DNA from: Octopus sinensis
Lineage: Eukaryota
Length of the DNA: 64,000 nt
Direction: 5' to 3'
Assembly: GCF_006345805.1 (NCBI RefSeq)
Contig: NC_043012.1
Coordinates: 57,846,001-57,910,000, forward strand
Shown here: positions 1 to 13,833 of the stretch, one piece after another
How the letters are laid out: each line of letters begins with the position of its first letter
How positions within the stretch are numbered: the first letter of the stretch is position 1
The notes under the pieces: generated by a model
Seen by the model: only the letters and a program-made list of their open reading frames with translations
Told to the model about the DNA's origin: nothing
Database searches by the model: none
Translations under genes and position numbers: made by a program

Positions 1-316
1 TATCCATCTCTTTTGTCGAACCGCTTGGTAACGGGGACGTAAACACACCAACATCGGTTGACAAGCGATGGTAGTGGGACAAACATAGACACACAAACAT
101 ATGCATACACACATACACACAAACGCACACACACTAATACACACATATATACGACAAGTTTCTTTCAGTTTTCTTCTACCAACTCCACTCACATGGCTTT
201 GGTCGGCTCGAGGCTACAGTAGAGGCTACTTTCCCAAGATGCAACGCAGTGGGACTGAATCCGGAACTTTGACGTTGGGAAGCAAGCTACTTAACACACA
301 ACCACTCCTGCGCCTA
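1..316 (-). mobile_element. tRNA-derived SINE (family C/B): head + internal microsatellite + body, cut by the window edge
   Basis: Minus strand head at 316-152 reads aggcgcaggagtggttgtgtg..ccggattcagtccc..cttgggaaag (A/B-box-like). A CA-rich tract follows, then the body (cgcttgtcaaccgatgttggtgtgtttacgtccccgt). The same layout recurs at 35601-35995 and 57422-57810. Confidence 0.8.
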
Positions 317-324
317 TATATATA

Positions 325-392
<68 letters not shown>

Positions 393-571
393 TTGATGTA
401 TGTATAATATATATATATATATATATATGTACATACATGATTATATGTACAGTAATGCCTCGCCATACTTCTGCGCCTATATATGTGTGTGTATGTATGT
501 ATATCTTTCTCTTTCTCTCTCTCTCTCTATATATATATATACATATGTATATATATATATATGTATATATG

Positions 572-617
<46 letters not shown>

Positions 618-632
618 TACATATAATTTATT

Positions 633-664
<32 letters not shown>

Positions 665-667
665 ATA

Positions 668-698
<31 letters not shown>

Positions 699-1620
699 GT
701 ACACGAGCCCTCAGTAATGATGGAGTTATTTTTGAAAATGCTACTCGATGAAAGTTTGTAATTAGAGGATGAGCAAATAATTAAAAATATCAAAATAAAT
801 GAAAATAAGAACCTCATATTTATCCCTCCCAAAATAATCTACATGTATGATTCACTGTAGAAATTAATGCAGAACTGTATTTCCTCTTTAGACATGAGGA
901 GGCACTAACACGACTTGTCTTTCTGAATTTTCAATATGTTATTTCAAAATATTCTGACTCTAACCCTAACCCAGATCAGGTTATTTCCCAGCGCACACTA
1001 GAGGTACTGCGGTAGACCATATGCTAAAAGTACCATCAACATTTCTGATGGCTGTTGCGATGCTGGACGGATTATCTGAATTTATGAGACAATGAACTTT
1101 TGAATTCAAAAAATGAACAGCACTACTCCAGCAAGTAAACCGAGACTAAGACCAAATTATTATTGGTCTTAGTGAGAAAGAAATTGAAATCAAGCTTAAG
1201 TGTAATTGTTCTGTCGGATGGCTGCAACTTACCGCAGAAGAAATGTTGGAGCTGCAAAAATGACGAAGCGAATCTCTTATGAATGTTGCGATGTACTGCA
1301 AAACAACAAAAATTTATGATTATTAAAACATTAATTAAGCATTAAGAAAGCAGAATGATCTTTTTAATGAAAAGTCAGAAAGAAAAATTAAATAGACACA
1401 CTGCCGCAATGAGAAAGCAGAAACGGTGTTGGTTAATTTAGAAAACTTCAAATTGTTTCATCAAGCAACAGGTGACAAAAACGGGGAGAAAAAGGAGAGA
1501 AACAGAATGATTTAGAAAACAAAACTTATAGAGATGAACAAATTCAACAACTTCAAACGGAAAAAACATTACTCGACAAAAAAGTATATGTACAAAGATA
1601 TATAAAGAATACAGTAATAT

Positions 1621-2006
1621 CGGAAGCACTCCGTCGGTTACGACGATGAGGGTTCCGGTTGATCCGAATCAACGGAACAGCTTGCTCGTGAAATTAACGT
1701 GTAAGTGGCTGAGCACTCCACAGACACGTGCACCCTTAACGTAGTTCTCGGGGATATTCAGCGTGACACAGAGAGTGACAAGGCCGGCCCCTTGAAATAC
1801 AGGTACAACAGAAACAGGAAGTAAGAGTGAGAGAAAGTTGTGGTGAAAGAGTACAGCAAGGATCAGCACCATCCCCTGCCGGAGCCTCGTGGAGCTTTTA
1901 GGTGTTTTCGCTCAATAAACACTCACAACGCCCGGTCTGGGAATCGAAACCGCGATCCTATGACCGCGAGTCCACTGTCCTAACCACTGGGCCATTGGGC
2001 CTCCAC
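1621..2006 (-). mobile_element. Full-length 386-bp tRNA-derived SINE with 11-bp TSD
   Basis: Minus strand starts gtggaggcccaatggcccagtgg (A box) and has ggtttcgattccc (B box). Stem-loops lie near the 3' end. The direct repeat tacagtaatat is at 1610-1620 and 2007-2017. Confidence 0.9.
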
Positions 2007-3016
2007 TACAGTAATATGGATGTTGTATGAATAAAGGAGACCAAGTGGGCTATACCTGTTTTTGATTTATAAATTGTTCGATAAAAATCTGAGGCTGTTT
2101 CTCTGAGTATTTCTAATTATAAGGAAGAAATGTAAATGTACTTAGTTTCGTTAAAAACATTAGCGTCACTGAATGTGTGCGTGTACTTACATATATACAC
2201 CCTCATCTCATAGGTACGTATATATGAATGTATAGGTGTTCATATATATATGTATGTTTGTATGTATGTATGTATGTATGTATGTGTGTATGTATGTATA
2301 TGTGTGTGTGTATATATATATGCATATGCATATACGTCCATACACACACATATGTAGGCACATAGAAATATTCATACACACACAGACTCACACATATGTG
2401 TACGTGTGTGTGTATGTATATATATATATTATATATATATATATATATACACATAAACATATATATATATATACACACACATGCGCACATTACAAATACC
2501 CATGCACATACCCTCTCACTCTTATACATTCACACACACACAACACACACACACGCACACATACCAACACGCATATATGTATAAATTATATACTTACATA
2601 CATTATAAACGACAACCTTTTAAAAAAACGTTAAATGGCCAAAATAATCAAGAATACCCATCAAAAAATTAAACCCTTTTGGGAGATGATAAGTATCATT
2701 TTGAAAATATAATTTAGTTTTAAGAAGGGAACATTGTTCTCTTGTTCTTCACATCCCTACATCTTTTCCCCATTTCTCTTCACATTAGTGCAATTCTATA
2801 TATTAACGGCATCAACTAACTAATCCTCAATTTCCTTAAGACCTCTTCAACGCACATCTGCTGCTCATCAACATTTATCAGAAGTATGTCTCTATTTCTC
2901 TTTCTTTCTCTCTCTCTCTCTCTCTCTCTTCCTCTCTCGCCCTGCTTTCAGTTCTGCCATACATGTTTAGTCTCTTCAGTACTTAAATCTACTCACAATT
3001 ATTCACTTGTTATGCG

Positions 3017-3049
<33 letters not shown>

Positions 3050-3119
3050 CACACACACACACACGCATACATATATTTATATGTATGAACGTATATACAT
3101 ATATACATATATATATGTG

Positions 3120-3155
<36 letters not shown>

Positions 3156-3277
3156 TATATACATACATATATATATATATATGTATGGATATATATGTAT
3201 ATATATATATATGTATATAATATATATAAGCACATATATATATATATATACACGTATATATATAAACATATATATAC

Positions 3278-3322
<45 letters not shown>

Positions 3323-3329
3323 GTTTATA

Positions 3330-3377
<48 letters not shown>

Positions 3378-3636
3378 GTATATATATATATATATATATA
3401 CATACACACATATAATATATAATTTCGTCTTGCTTGCTGTTTACGTACATATGTATGTACTTAAGTAACTTACATGCATATTTTTTTATACGTCTGTACT
3501 GACGTGTATGTGCGTGTCTGTATGTCTGTCTCTGTGCGTGTGTGGTAACAAGACGCAGATGAGCGTCCACACAGTACATCTTAATTCCTTTAATCGAGGC
3601 AGTTACAACTTTCACTACTTAGTGAGAGTGATCAAG

Positions 3637-3681
<45 letters not shown>

Positions 3682-3975
3682 AATGTGTGTGTGTGAGAGA
3701 GGGAGAAAGTAAGACGAGGGTGTGAGAAGAGAGAGAGAGAGGGCGTTCACTCATCTGGAAAGTCGACGAAAATACAGACCAAGCACTTAGTGTCTGAAGA
3801 ACGCAACATCTTTGGCAAACCGTTTCTTGTACGTTGTAGAGGAAATAGACTTTTAATGAACATATCAGATTGAAGAGACTTAAAAAAACGGATATATCTA
3901 TTTATATATCTCTTCTCTCTGTCTCCCTATCTCTGTTTGCCAGTTTCTGTTTCTCTCTCTCTTTCTCTGTTTTTC

Positions 3976-4068
<93 letters not shown>

Positions 4069-4238
4069 GTTTATGTTAGTGTCGTTCTTTTGTGTGTGTG
4101 TTTTTACATACATACATACATACATACATGCATACATACATACATACATGCATACATACATACATACATACATACATGCGTACATACATACATACATACA
4201 TAATACATAATACACATACATACATACTTACATGTAGC

Positions 4239-4273
<35 letters not shown>

Positions 4274-4295
4274 TATTATATATATATATATATAT

Positions 4296-4329
<34 letters not shown>

Positions 4330-5366
4330 GATATATATTATATATAATATATATATACACACGACACCACACACACATACACGTACAATCATAGACGTAT
4401 ATAGGCACACATATATGCTCACACACGCAAACACACACACACAAACACGCATATATACATACATATATAAATGTAAACATACACACACAGATATATATAG
4501 GTTTCGTTTTTTATTTGTTTTGCAAGATTCTTTATGTGAGTTCGTGTGTTGAAGAATATTCTGTTGCGTCTGGGGAGAGTGATTTTCTTTTCTGCCTTAA
4601 CACACTCACCGGTACAACTTACGGTGAGTGTTTTAAATTATAGGCACAAAAGAAATGACTCTCTCCAGACCACAACAGATTTATACTATACATATATAGA
4701 TATACTAATATATATAATATATATATATATATAATATAATTAGAAGATAGAAATGAATGAGGTACTCAGAAAATCGGATGGTTTATATTTACAGATATTT
4801 ATTTGTATATACATTTTTTATACATCATATAAATTTAGATCATGTATTAGCGCTTCTCCCATTCTAGTGGGGTTTCATATCAAACTAAGGTCCTGTGGGA
4901 AAAGTTTTGACCATTTTATAGTGGTATTGAGTTTGTAGTGGAGGAATATAAGACCGTACAAGAGGGTGATGGATGAGGAGAAAGTGAGAGAGAGAGAGAG
5001 CATGTGTGTATGTGTGTGTGTGTGTGTGTGTGTGCGTGCGTGTGTGTGTGTGTTTTTGTAGTTGGAATGAGTGCTAAAGAAACAGAGGGGAAGGGAACTC
5101 ATCCATCACCCTCTTGTACTGTCTTATATTCCTCCCCACCACTACAAACTCAGTACCACTATAAAATGGTCAAACCTTTTCCCACAGGAACTTAGTTTGA
5201 TTTGAAAACCCCACTAGAATGGGAGAAAGCGCTAATACATGATCTAAGTTATATGATGTATAAAAAATGTAATATACAAATAAATATCTGTAAATATAAA
5301 ACCATCCGATTTTCTGAGTACCTCATTTCTTCTAATATAAAATACCTGTACATCATCTCCAAACCT

Positions 5367-5407
<41 letters not shown>

Positions 5408-6247
5408 TGTATATATATATATATAATTAAATGCACGCACATGTTTATATATATTTACACATGGACACACATAAATATGTATGAACACACACATGCGATA
5501 GTGCTGGATCATGTGATATGACCAGTTCCAGCCACTGCCGTATAAATACATGACAAATTAAAAAAGAATGAAAAGAAAGAAGAAAGGAGATGCCTTCCGG
5601 TATTCATGTTCGCCCATCGATAATCAGTGAAGACTAAGACTTCGTTCGCGCAACCAATCAGAAAGCCCAAAGAATCATATCTGCTCTTGTTTACACGATA
5701 TCGTCTTTATCACTATTGTTTCGAAAGTAGCGGTATTTCATTCTCATAAAATGTACAATCCGTGAATTAAGTTCGTTGATCTGGCTTTAAAATTTTACCA
5801 GTTGACAACGCCATACTTGAACACTTGAGACAGTCACCTATGTATGTGAGAAGACAGAAAGCTACAACTGTTTCCGGTCTTATTTCACATTCTGGAAACC
5901 CTGAAATTACGAAAGAGACGGAACTTCTTTATTGCAGATGTTGAAATAACGCAACCACCATAACAAAACGATTTCGCCCTTAGTTGGTGGCCTATAAATT
6001 ATATACAAGGCTGACTTAAACGCTAGACACAGACGTTAGACTAGCCTAAGTGTTTTGTTATTATGAGAAAGACCAGGGGGCATATGATATGGTATGATCA
6101 CAACTAGAGTAATTTCGATCTTATGCCTCCTTCAGCAATGCTGATCTGAGGCTTAACATCAACAGGAATAAATCATAATGTAATCCAAGGTACACAGGGC
6201 CTTTGAAAAAAGACGGTATGGTTATGGCTGGAATATTTTTGGTCATA

Positions 6248-6302
<55 letters not shown>

Positions 6303-6402
6303 TATATATGGTGTGTGTGTGTATGTGTGTGTGTGTGTGTGTTGTATGTGTGTGTGTGTGTGTTTGTGTGTGGTGTGTGTGTGTATGTGCGTGCGTGTGT
6401 GT

Positions 6403-6608
6403 GTGTCTGTATTTGTCTTCCCACCATCATCGCTTGACAACGGCTGTTGGTGTGTGTCCGTCACCATAACTTAGCAGTTCGTCAAAGAGACCGATAGACT
6501 AAGTACTAGGCTTACAAAAAATAACACCTAGGGTCAATTTCTTCAAAAACCCTTCAAAGTATTACTCCGGCATGGCCGCAGTCAAATGGCTGAACCAAAT
6601 ATAAAAGA
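6403..6608 (+). mobile_element. SINE family C/B body
   Basis: cgcttgacaacggctgttggtgtg..gagaccgatagactaagtactaggcttac..gcatggccgcagtcaaatg matches the other copies and follows a (TG)n tract. Confidence 0.75.
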
Positions 6609-7181
6609 ATATATATATATATATATATAACGTGATTTCATACAGTTTCAATTCTTTCACACGCCATTAACCAGCCCGCGGGTATAATATAATAAATGAA
6701 CGTTTTCTACGGAACCGCGCATTGGGACTGAACTTAAAAACAACGCCATTACGAAGTAAGCGCCTTAACCACACAGCCATACTTCCACCTTAAAGGCATG
6801 GTTGTACATTTTCCTTTCGTGACAAGACACTTCGATGAACACTTCAAAATACGACATTAATTATATGAAAACACTAATTCACTGATGATATCTGTTCGTA
6901 TCAGAAGTGATATATTTAATTCGGACTCTAGTCCTTATTCTAGAGGCTATGAGTTCGTTCTGAGTTCAAATCTAAATAGAATTGGTGTCACCTTTCATCT
7001 GTAGAAATCAATAAAATATATACAGTAAATATTCTGGCAATGATTCAGTATATAATATATGGATTCCTTACAGATTTGTGGCCTTGTGCCAATGTAACAA
7101 TTCGATACATCCAATAATGACCATTTCTCTGAACTATGTAAACTGTAATCTTAGACAGTGAGCCTCACATACATACATACC

Positions 7182-7250
<69 letters not shown>

Positions 7251-7691
7251 AAGTATATATATATGTAAATATTTGTGGGTGTATATATATTTGTGTGTGT
7301 ATATTATATATATTATATATATATTTATAGATATCTTATATATATTATCGTTATATATATGGGTGTGTTTGTGCTTATGCGTGTGAGTGTATGTGAGTAT
7401 GTGTGTGTATGTGTGTATGCACACACACACACACATATATACATATTAGATATCTAATGTGTTGAGACTTATATAATATGTGCGCTATGGCAGATTGGTT
7501 GAGGTGTTGACTTCATAATCGAAAGGTAACCTGTTCGATATCGCCTCGGAGAGGCCCATGTCTTTAAAATGGATTGGCGGAAACCATACTCATGCCTGTC
7601 GGGGCAGATTGTTTAGGTAATTGAAAAGATCCACTGATTCTACTTGCAAATGGTGTTAGGAATACACATAATTTTGGAATAATCTTTTTAT

Positions 7692-7945
7692 TTGGATCGT
7701 TCAGAGTCAAAATGCCATCCTGCCACTGTTTTCAATGTCATCCACTATGCAGAACTACTGTCCTGGAAGAAAATGAACCATGGCTCTGAAAACGGGATAA
7801 TCTGATGGTGTAAGTTCTGGACAATAGATAGAGTGAGGCATTGACAGTTCAAAGGCAGTTCTTGGGTCTTCCACTTCCTTTAGTTCTTTTGCCGCTGTTT
7901 TTGCACATAGTCCATTTTTATACTGGTACTGCAAAATGTGTTTAG
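7692..7945 (-). pseudogene. Highly decayed mariner transposase remnant, probably internally deleted
   Basis: Minus translation includes PHSIYCPELTPSDYPVFRAMVHFLPGQ*, resembling the mariner PHPPYSPDLAPSDYHLF motif. It is joined to [20 protein letters not shown], which resembles an N-terminal HTH. No TIR pair found. Confidence 0.5.
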
Positions 7946-8087
7946 CATAGTTATCTTCCCTTTAAGGTTACTACATCCTGATCTAAAAGTTCATCTGGTA
8001 GTCAGTCTTCTGCGGAATGGGGTCATGGAATCTAACATATATATATTTGTCTTTGATAGGTTTTCAGTTCTATCTATCTACTATCTA

Positions 8088-8146
<59 letters not shown>

Positions 8147-8182
8147 CTATCTTTCTACATGTATGTATTCACAACGCATATT

Positions 8183-8267
<85 letters not shown>

Positions 8268-8302
8268 ATATATATATATATGTATGTATATATATATATA
8301 TG

Positions 8303-8351
<49 letters not shown>

Positions 8352-8810
8352 TATAATTATATATATATATAATATATATATATATATGTATGTATGTATG
8401 TATCTATGTGTAAATCGAATTATTAGTTCATTTAGCATGATTACTGACAACAAGACAATTTCTGGGTTACAGTTCTTAAATTTCAAAACTCTCTCAATAT
8501 ATAAACATTCCGTTTCTCTACCTTATTTATCTAATGTCTATAATTTTGAAACATTACCTACCTTTGTTGTTAAAATTATTGGAAATATCCGTTATTCAAG
8601 TTAGATCTAGATTATTACCTATTGCTTTGTGATCTTGTATGCAAACATACGACCATACATACACAAACATGCAGACACACACAGAGACATATTCACACAC
8701 ACATACACGCACACATACACATATACACACATGCACACACATCGATACATACGTATATATATCTATCTGTCAGTCTGTTTGTGTGTCATTCTATCTCTTT
8801 ATCTATCAGT

Positions 8811-8875
<65 letters not shown>

Positions 8876-8952
8876 GGTCTGTCTGTTTGTCTATCGATCT
8901 ACCAACCTTTACATTACATACATGTATATAACAAACACACGAACGCATATGC

Positions 8953-8990
<38 letters not shown>

Positions 8991-9036
8991 ATACATATGT
9001 ATGTATGTATATATGTATATATACATATATATATAT

Positions 9037-9099
<63 letters not shown>

Positions 9100-9545
9100 T
9101 CATATAGATATAAATGTATATATCTCTCTGTATATCTATCTATCGCTCTGCTTTTCTATGTGTATATATTCATAAGTATATGTGTGTGTGTGTGTATGCA
9201 TATAATATATATATATATATACTCAACTATGTATACACATATGTATGACTGTCATATTTGCCATGGTTATTACTGATTATTCCACTAATTAATATGGTTC
9301 TAATGGTTCTAACAATGAGAAACTCTAGGTGCTCGCATAGCAGAAACTGACACAACATATATTAACGCCCTTAGGCTACGCAATCTGAATCAGTCTGGAT
9401 CCTCTATAATTAGAGAGTCAGATTAAAACACGATCAATACAATACTGTATATATGTATATGTATGTATGTATGTCTGCATATATAGTATGATATGTATAT
9501 ATAAATATATATATATTATATAATGATATATATAATATGTATATC

Positions 9546-9601
<56 letters not shown>

Positions 9602-9715
9602 CATATATACATACATATATATATATACATATATACATATATACATACATATATACTACATATATACATATATCTATATATATATACATATATATATGTA
9701 TGAATATATATATAT

Positions 9716-9768
<53 letters not shown>

Positions 9769-9968
9769 GCATGCGCGAATATATACATATTTGTATGTGT
9801 GTATAAATATAGACAGATAGCCAACTTTAAAAGACAAGGAAATAATACATATAGCTCTCTGCATCTCTCTCTCTCTCTGTCTTTTTCTCTCTCCCTCTCT
9901 CTCGATATACATATATATTTATACATATATTTCCATGCACAATATGTTTGTGTAAATGCCTACAATCT

Positions 9969-10008
<40 letters not shown>

Positions 10009-10512
10009 AACATACACAGCCCCGCCCACACATTTACATATATCTATATTAGCATGTGTTGGTGTTTACACATACAAAAGTGAAATACGTGTATTCACAT
10101 TCAACCACGCGCGCACGCACCCACATGCACAAACACACACACACATGCACACACATATGAACCCGGGCATCCATTTATAAGAGAGAAATATACCATGAAA
10201 ATGGTACTCTTTACTGGGCAAATTTTGGGATTTGTCGTGTTATTTTTAGAAATGAAATATAATTATCAGGTAAATATAAAGCCAACACGCCGACGTAAAT
10301 ATTTTGGATATATTCACAGAGTGACTGGAATTCGCTTGTTCCCCGATTATTAGCATATTCCGAAAATGAAGTTTTAAGTGACAATATACAACCATCTTTT
10401 TGCATGTATATATATATATATATATATATATTATGCATATGGTGTGTGTGTATCCATGTATGCATATGTATAATGTGTATATATATAAATAATGATGATG
10501 ATATTGATGATG

Positions 10513-10580
<68 letters not shown>

Positions 10581-10639
10581 GATAATATATTTACGAGTAT
10601 TTATTTTGAATATTTACTCATTCTTATACATACATGATA

Positions 10640-10875
10640 TATCATCCCTACTTTCTCCTCCCGTCTGACCATTTTGTCGGAGTCAGACGCCATGATAGAT
10701 CGTTAGCCACTACACAATTTTTTTCTCTCCTTGTTTTTTCTGTGTACCTTTCTGTAGAAGAGCGTAGGCTCGAAACGTAAAAGACTTTTTCTATTCCTGA
10801 GCGCTATACTAATACATCTGTTTGTTTTGTACACCACCTGTCTTCGTCTTTTGTTTTTTTCGTAAACTTTCCCTA
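10640..10875 (+). mobile_element. Penelope-like terminal (pLTR-type) fragment abutting (TA)n
   Basis: Contains a minimal HHR-like motif (10748-10783) and an 8-bp hairpin cgtctgac/gtcagacg (10662-10689). Ends in a pyrimidine-rich tail running into (TA)n. Confidence 0.5.
10748..10783 (+). ncRNA. Minimal type I hammerhead-like motif with variant core CUGUAGA
   Basis: cttt-CTGTAGA-A-gagc(gtag)gctc-GAAA-cg-TA-aaag. Stem I is cttt/aaag, stem II is a perfect 4 bp, and stem III is palindromic ACGU. The core has A6->U. Confidence 0.55.
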
Positions 10876-10931
10876 TATACATATATATATATACATATAT
10901 ATATATATATTATATATATATAATATATAAC

Positions 10932-10962
<31 letters not shown>

Positions 10963-11640
10963 CACCACACACACACACAAATATATATATAATATTATAT
11001 ATATATATATATATTATTATATATGTGTGTGTGTGTGTGTGTGTGTGGTGTGTATACAAATATGGGACAACAAAACATCCAGATAGAGTATACAAACAAA
11101 ACAAGGCCGAGTCATTCGAATTTTTCTTTCCTCAGTCGAGTTCCAGATTATCTTTGCAATTTCAGCTGATTGTACTCGAGATTGCCAGGAATGTATGTAT
11201 ATGTATGCAGTCATACATGCACACACAGACACACAGAGACTCATACTCTGAGATATAGTTGTACATATATCTCTATATATAATTTAATGAGTAGAAGTGT
11301 TATATGTGAACTAATTCATGTTTCGTGGTCGGAGAGTGCTGTGATTGAACAGACTTGCATAACGTATCCTGCATGATATACAGCATTCGTTCAGTCTCAA
11401 TTATTCTGGCAACTCTGTGTGAGAAAATTTGAAAAAAGAGGGGAAATTAACGGAGAATATTTTAATGGAAAGGGGTGGGAGAAATTTTATGTCCATCTTA
11501 TCTGTTAAATGAAGAATATCATAAATGTTGACATCTCACATCTAAGAAACAAAAATGATAATAAATAAATAGGAACAAAACTAAAAAACACTGCTACTAG
11601 TGAGATGTTTTACACCCACACACCCACACACATCTATCTA

Positions 11641-12923
11641 TTAGGTTGTCAAGAAAGTTCCTCCGGTTTTTAACCTTTAAATTCAGATGCACATATTCGG
11701 CCCAAACAAAACTTTATTAATCGAAATGATCACCATCAGAATCAACACACTTTTGCCAACGCGAATCAAGTTTATTTATGCTAGTATCGTAAAAATCCTG
11801 CGTTCTGGTGGTGATGAAGTCGTTGAAGGCGTGTTTGGCATCATCTTGGTTTTTGAAGCATTTCTCACGCTGGAAGTTGTCGAGATGCTTGAAAGAGTGG
11901 TAGTCGGTAGGCGAGAGGTCTGGTGAGTATGGCGGATGAGGCAGTGTTTCGTAGCCCAATTCGTTCAACTTCTTCAGGGTCAGTTATACGACGTGCGGCC
12001 GAGCGTTGTTGTGGAGACGAATTGGTCCTTTTCTATTGACCAATGCTGGCGGTTGTTGTCGGAGTTTCTTATGCATTTCATCTTATGCATTTGCTGACAG
12101 TACTTCTCTGTTGCAATGGTTTTGCATGGATTCAAAAAACTGTGATGGATGAGACCGGCCACAGACCACCAAACAGTCACCATTACCTTCTGTTGGTGCA
12201 ACTTTGGCTTCAGGAAGTACCGTGGAGCTTCGTCAGCGTCCAACCACTGAGCCAAGCGTCGCTGGTTGTCTTTAAGAATCCACTTTTCATCGCGAGTCAC
12301 ATGCGTTCATGTTGCGTAAAAGAAGGGAAGATAACACTTCAAAACGGCGTTTTTTTCTTTTTTTTTTGGTTGTCGTTCAATTCGTGTGGCACCCATTTCT
12401 GAAGTATTTTTGTTTTTCCAATCTCTTTCAAGTGGTTGGAAATTGTCGTATACGTTACGTGTAATTCAGAAGTAAGCTCTCGAACAGTTGTGCGTGGATT
12501 GGCCTCGACTAAGGCTCCTAGTTAATCGTTATCAACATCCGATGGTCGACCACTACGCCTTTCCTATTCAAGACTCTCGTCACCGCTACGAAATTTCTTG
12601 AACCACCATTGTGCTGTACATTCATTAGTTGTTCCTGGGCCAAACGCATCGTTGATATCGCGAGATGTTTCAGCAGCTTTTCGGCCTAGCTTGAACTGTA
12701 ATAAGAAAATTGTACGAATTTGCTTTTAGTACATGTTGTATTCAATATTCCGGAAAAAATGACCTAATTATTCAAAAATAAGAAGAGTAACAGGATTAGA
12801 TAAAGCAAAAAACGGGTTTTAAAATGATATATAAAGTCAAAGTATTTTAACAAATATTAATTTGAAAATACATCATTTAAAACCAAAATTTAAAATTCCA
12901 CAAGAACTTTCTTGACAACCTAA
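11641..12923 (-). mobile_element. Complete 1283-bp mariner (cecropia/Hsmar1-like) DNA transposon
   Basis: Perfect 20-bp TIRs ttaggttgtcaagaaagttc at 11641-11660 and (reverse complement) 12904-12923. TA at 11639-11640 and 12924-12925. Transposase remnant inside. Confidence 0.95.
11717..12734 (-). pseudogene. Mariner DD34D transposase pseudogene
   Basis: Translates to KQIRTIFLLQFKLGRKAAETSRDINDAFGPGTTNECTAQWWFKKFRSGDESLE*, TRDEKWIL, HQQKVMVTVWWS, HNNARPH, HPPYSPDLSPTDYH and RWQKCVDSDGDHFD. Several stops, and the second catalytic D is changed to N. Confidence 0.93.
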
Positions 12924-12935
12924 TATATATAATGC

Positions 12936-13035
<100 letters not shown>

Positions 13036-13753
13036 TTCCCCCCTCTCTCTCTCCCTCTATCTCTCTATCTATTTCCCCCTCTCTCTCTCCCTCTATCTCT
13101 CTATCTATTTCCCCCTCTCTCTCTCCCTCTATCTCTCTATCTCTCTCTGTATATATATATATATACACACACACATATCACGTATATATACAGGTAGAAT
13201 AATATACGTATATTGAGCTGAGACTAGCCGTCATTTTTTCGAAGACTATATACAATGTTCCGTATGCTTAAATCCTTAAAAGATATTAGATTTTCGAAGT
13301 CAATTCGGCACCCATTTTTTGCACATACAGTGTAATCATATACAGGCTTTTTTCCAATGGTTCCTGATGTGTTTAGTATCAAACAAATTGAGTGACTAAT
13401 CTCTCCCGCTGATGATAACAACACACACAAACACACATACACACACACACGCACATGTTAGCACTCCAGTGGTTTGAGTACAAACAGAGCAGAGCCCTGG
13501 CGTGACAAGACACTAACCATAAATCCCAACGTCGGTGCCTTCCATTATATCAGTTCTTCCCGCCGATAACAGGTCTGTATTTAACTACATGACTCCTGTC
13601 TTTATTTAAGTATTACAAAACCATTTTTAAACCAGATTGAAAATAACGGATGTATTTATAATTCACTCAAGTTAAGTGCAGATTGCTTTGTGTCGTAACC
13701 TTAAAAAGAAATGATTTCACCATTTTTAACAATATTTAAATTACAAGTAATAA

Positions 13754-13833
<80 letters not shown>

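Noticed and set aside
960-972. ctaaccctaaccc telomere-like motif
   Set aside because: Only two units, expected by chance.
1145-1173. 11-bp perfect hairpin actaagaccaa/ttggtcttagt
   Set aside because: Isolated and short, with no supporting context.
1190-1300. VIVLSDGC peptide reminiscent of a DDE transposase motif
   Set aside because: Single short motif with no flanking homology or TIRs.
3793-3830. CTGAAGA followed by gcaaac
   Set aside because: No GAAA and no stem pairing, so not a hammerhead.
5645-5670. CCAAT-box-like aaccaatcag in non-repetitive DNA
   Set aside because: No linked gene start or other promoter evidence.
101-10465. Many long ORFs rich in I/Y/H/T/C/V (here and throughout the window)
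   Set aside because: They are translations of (TA)n, (CA)n and (TATC)n microsatellites, which lack stops in some frames.
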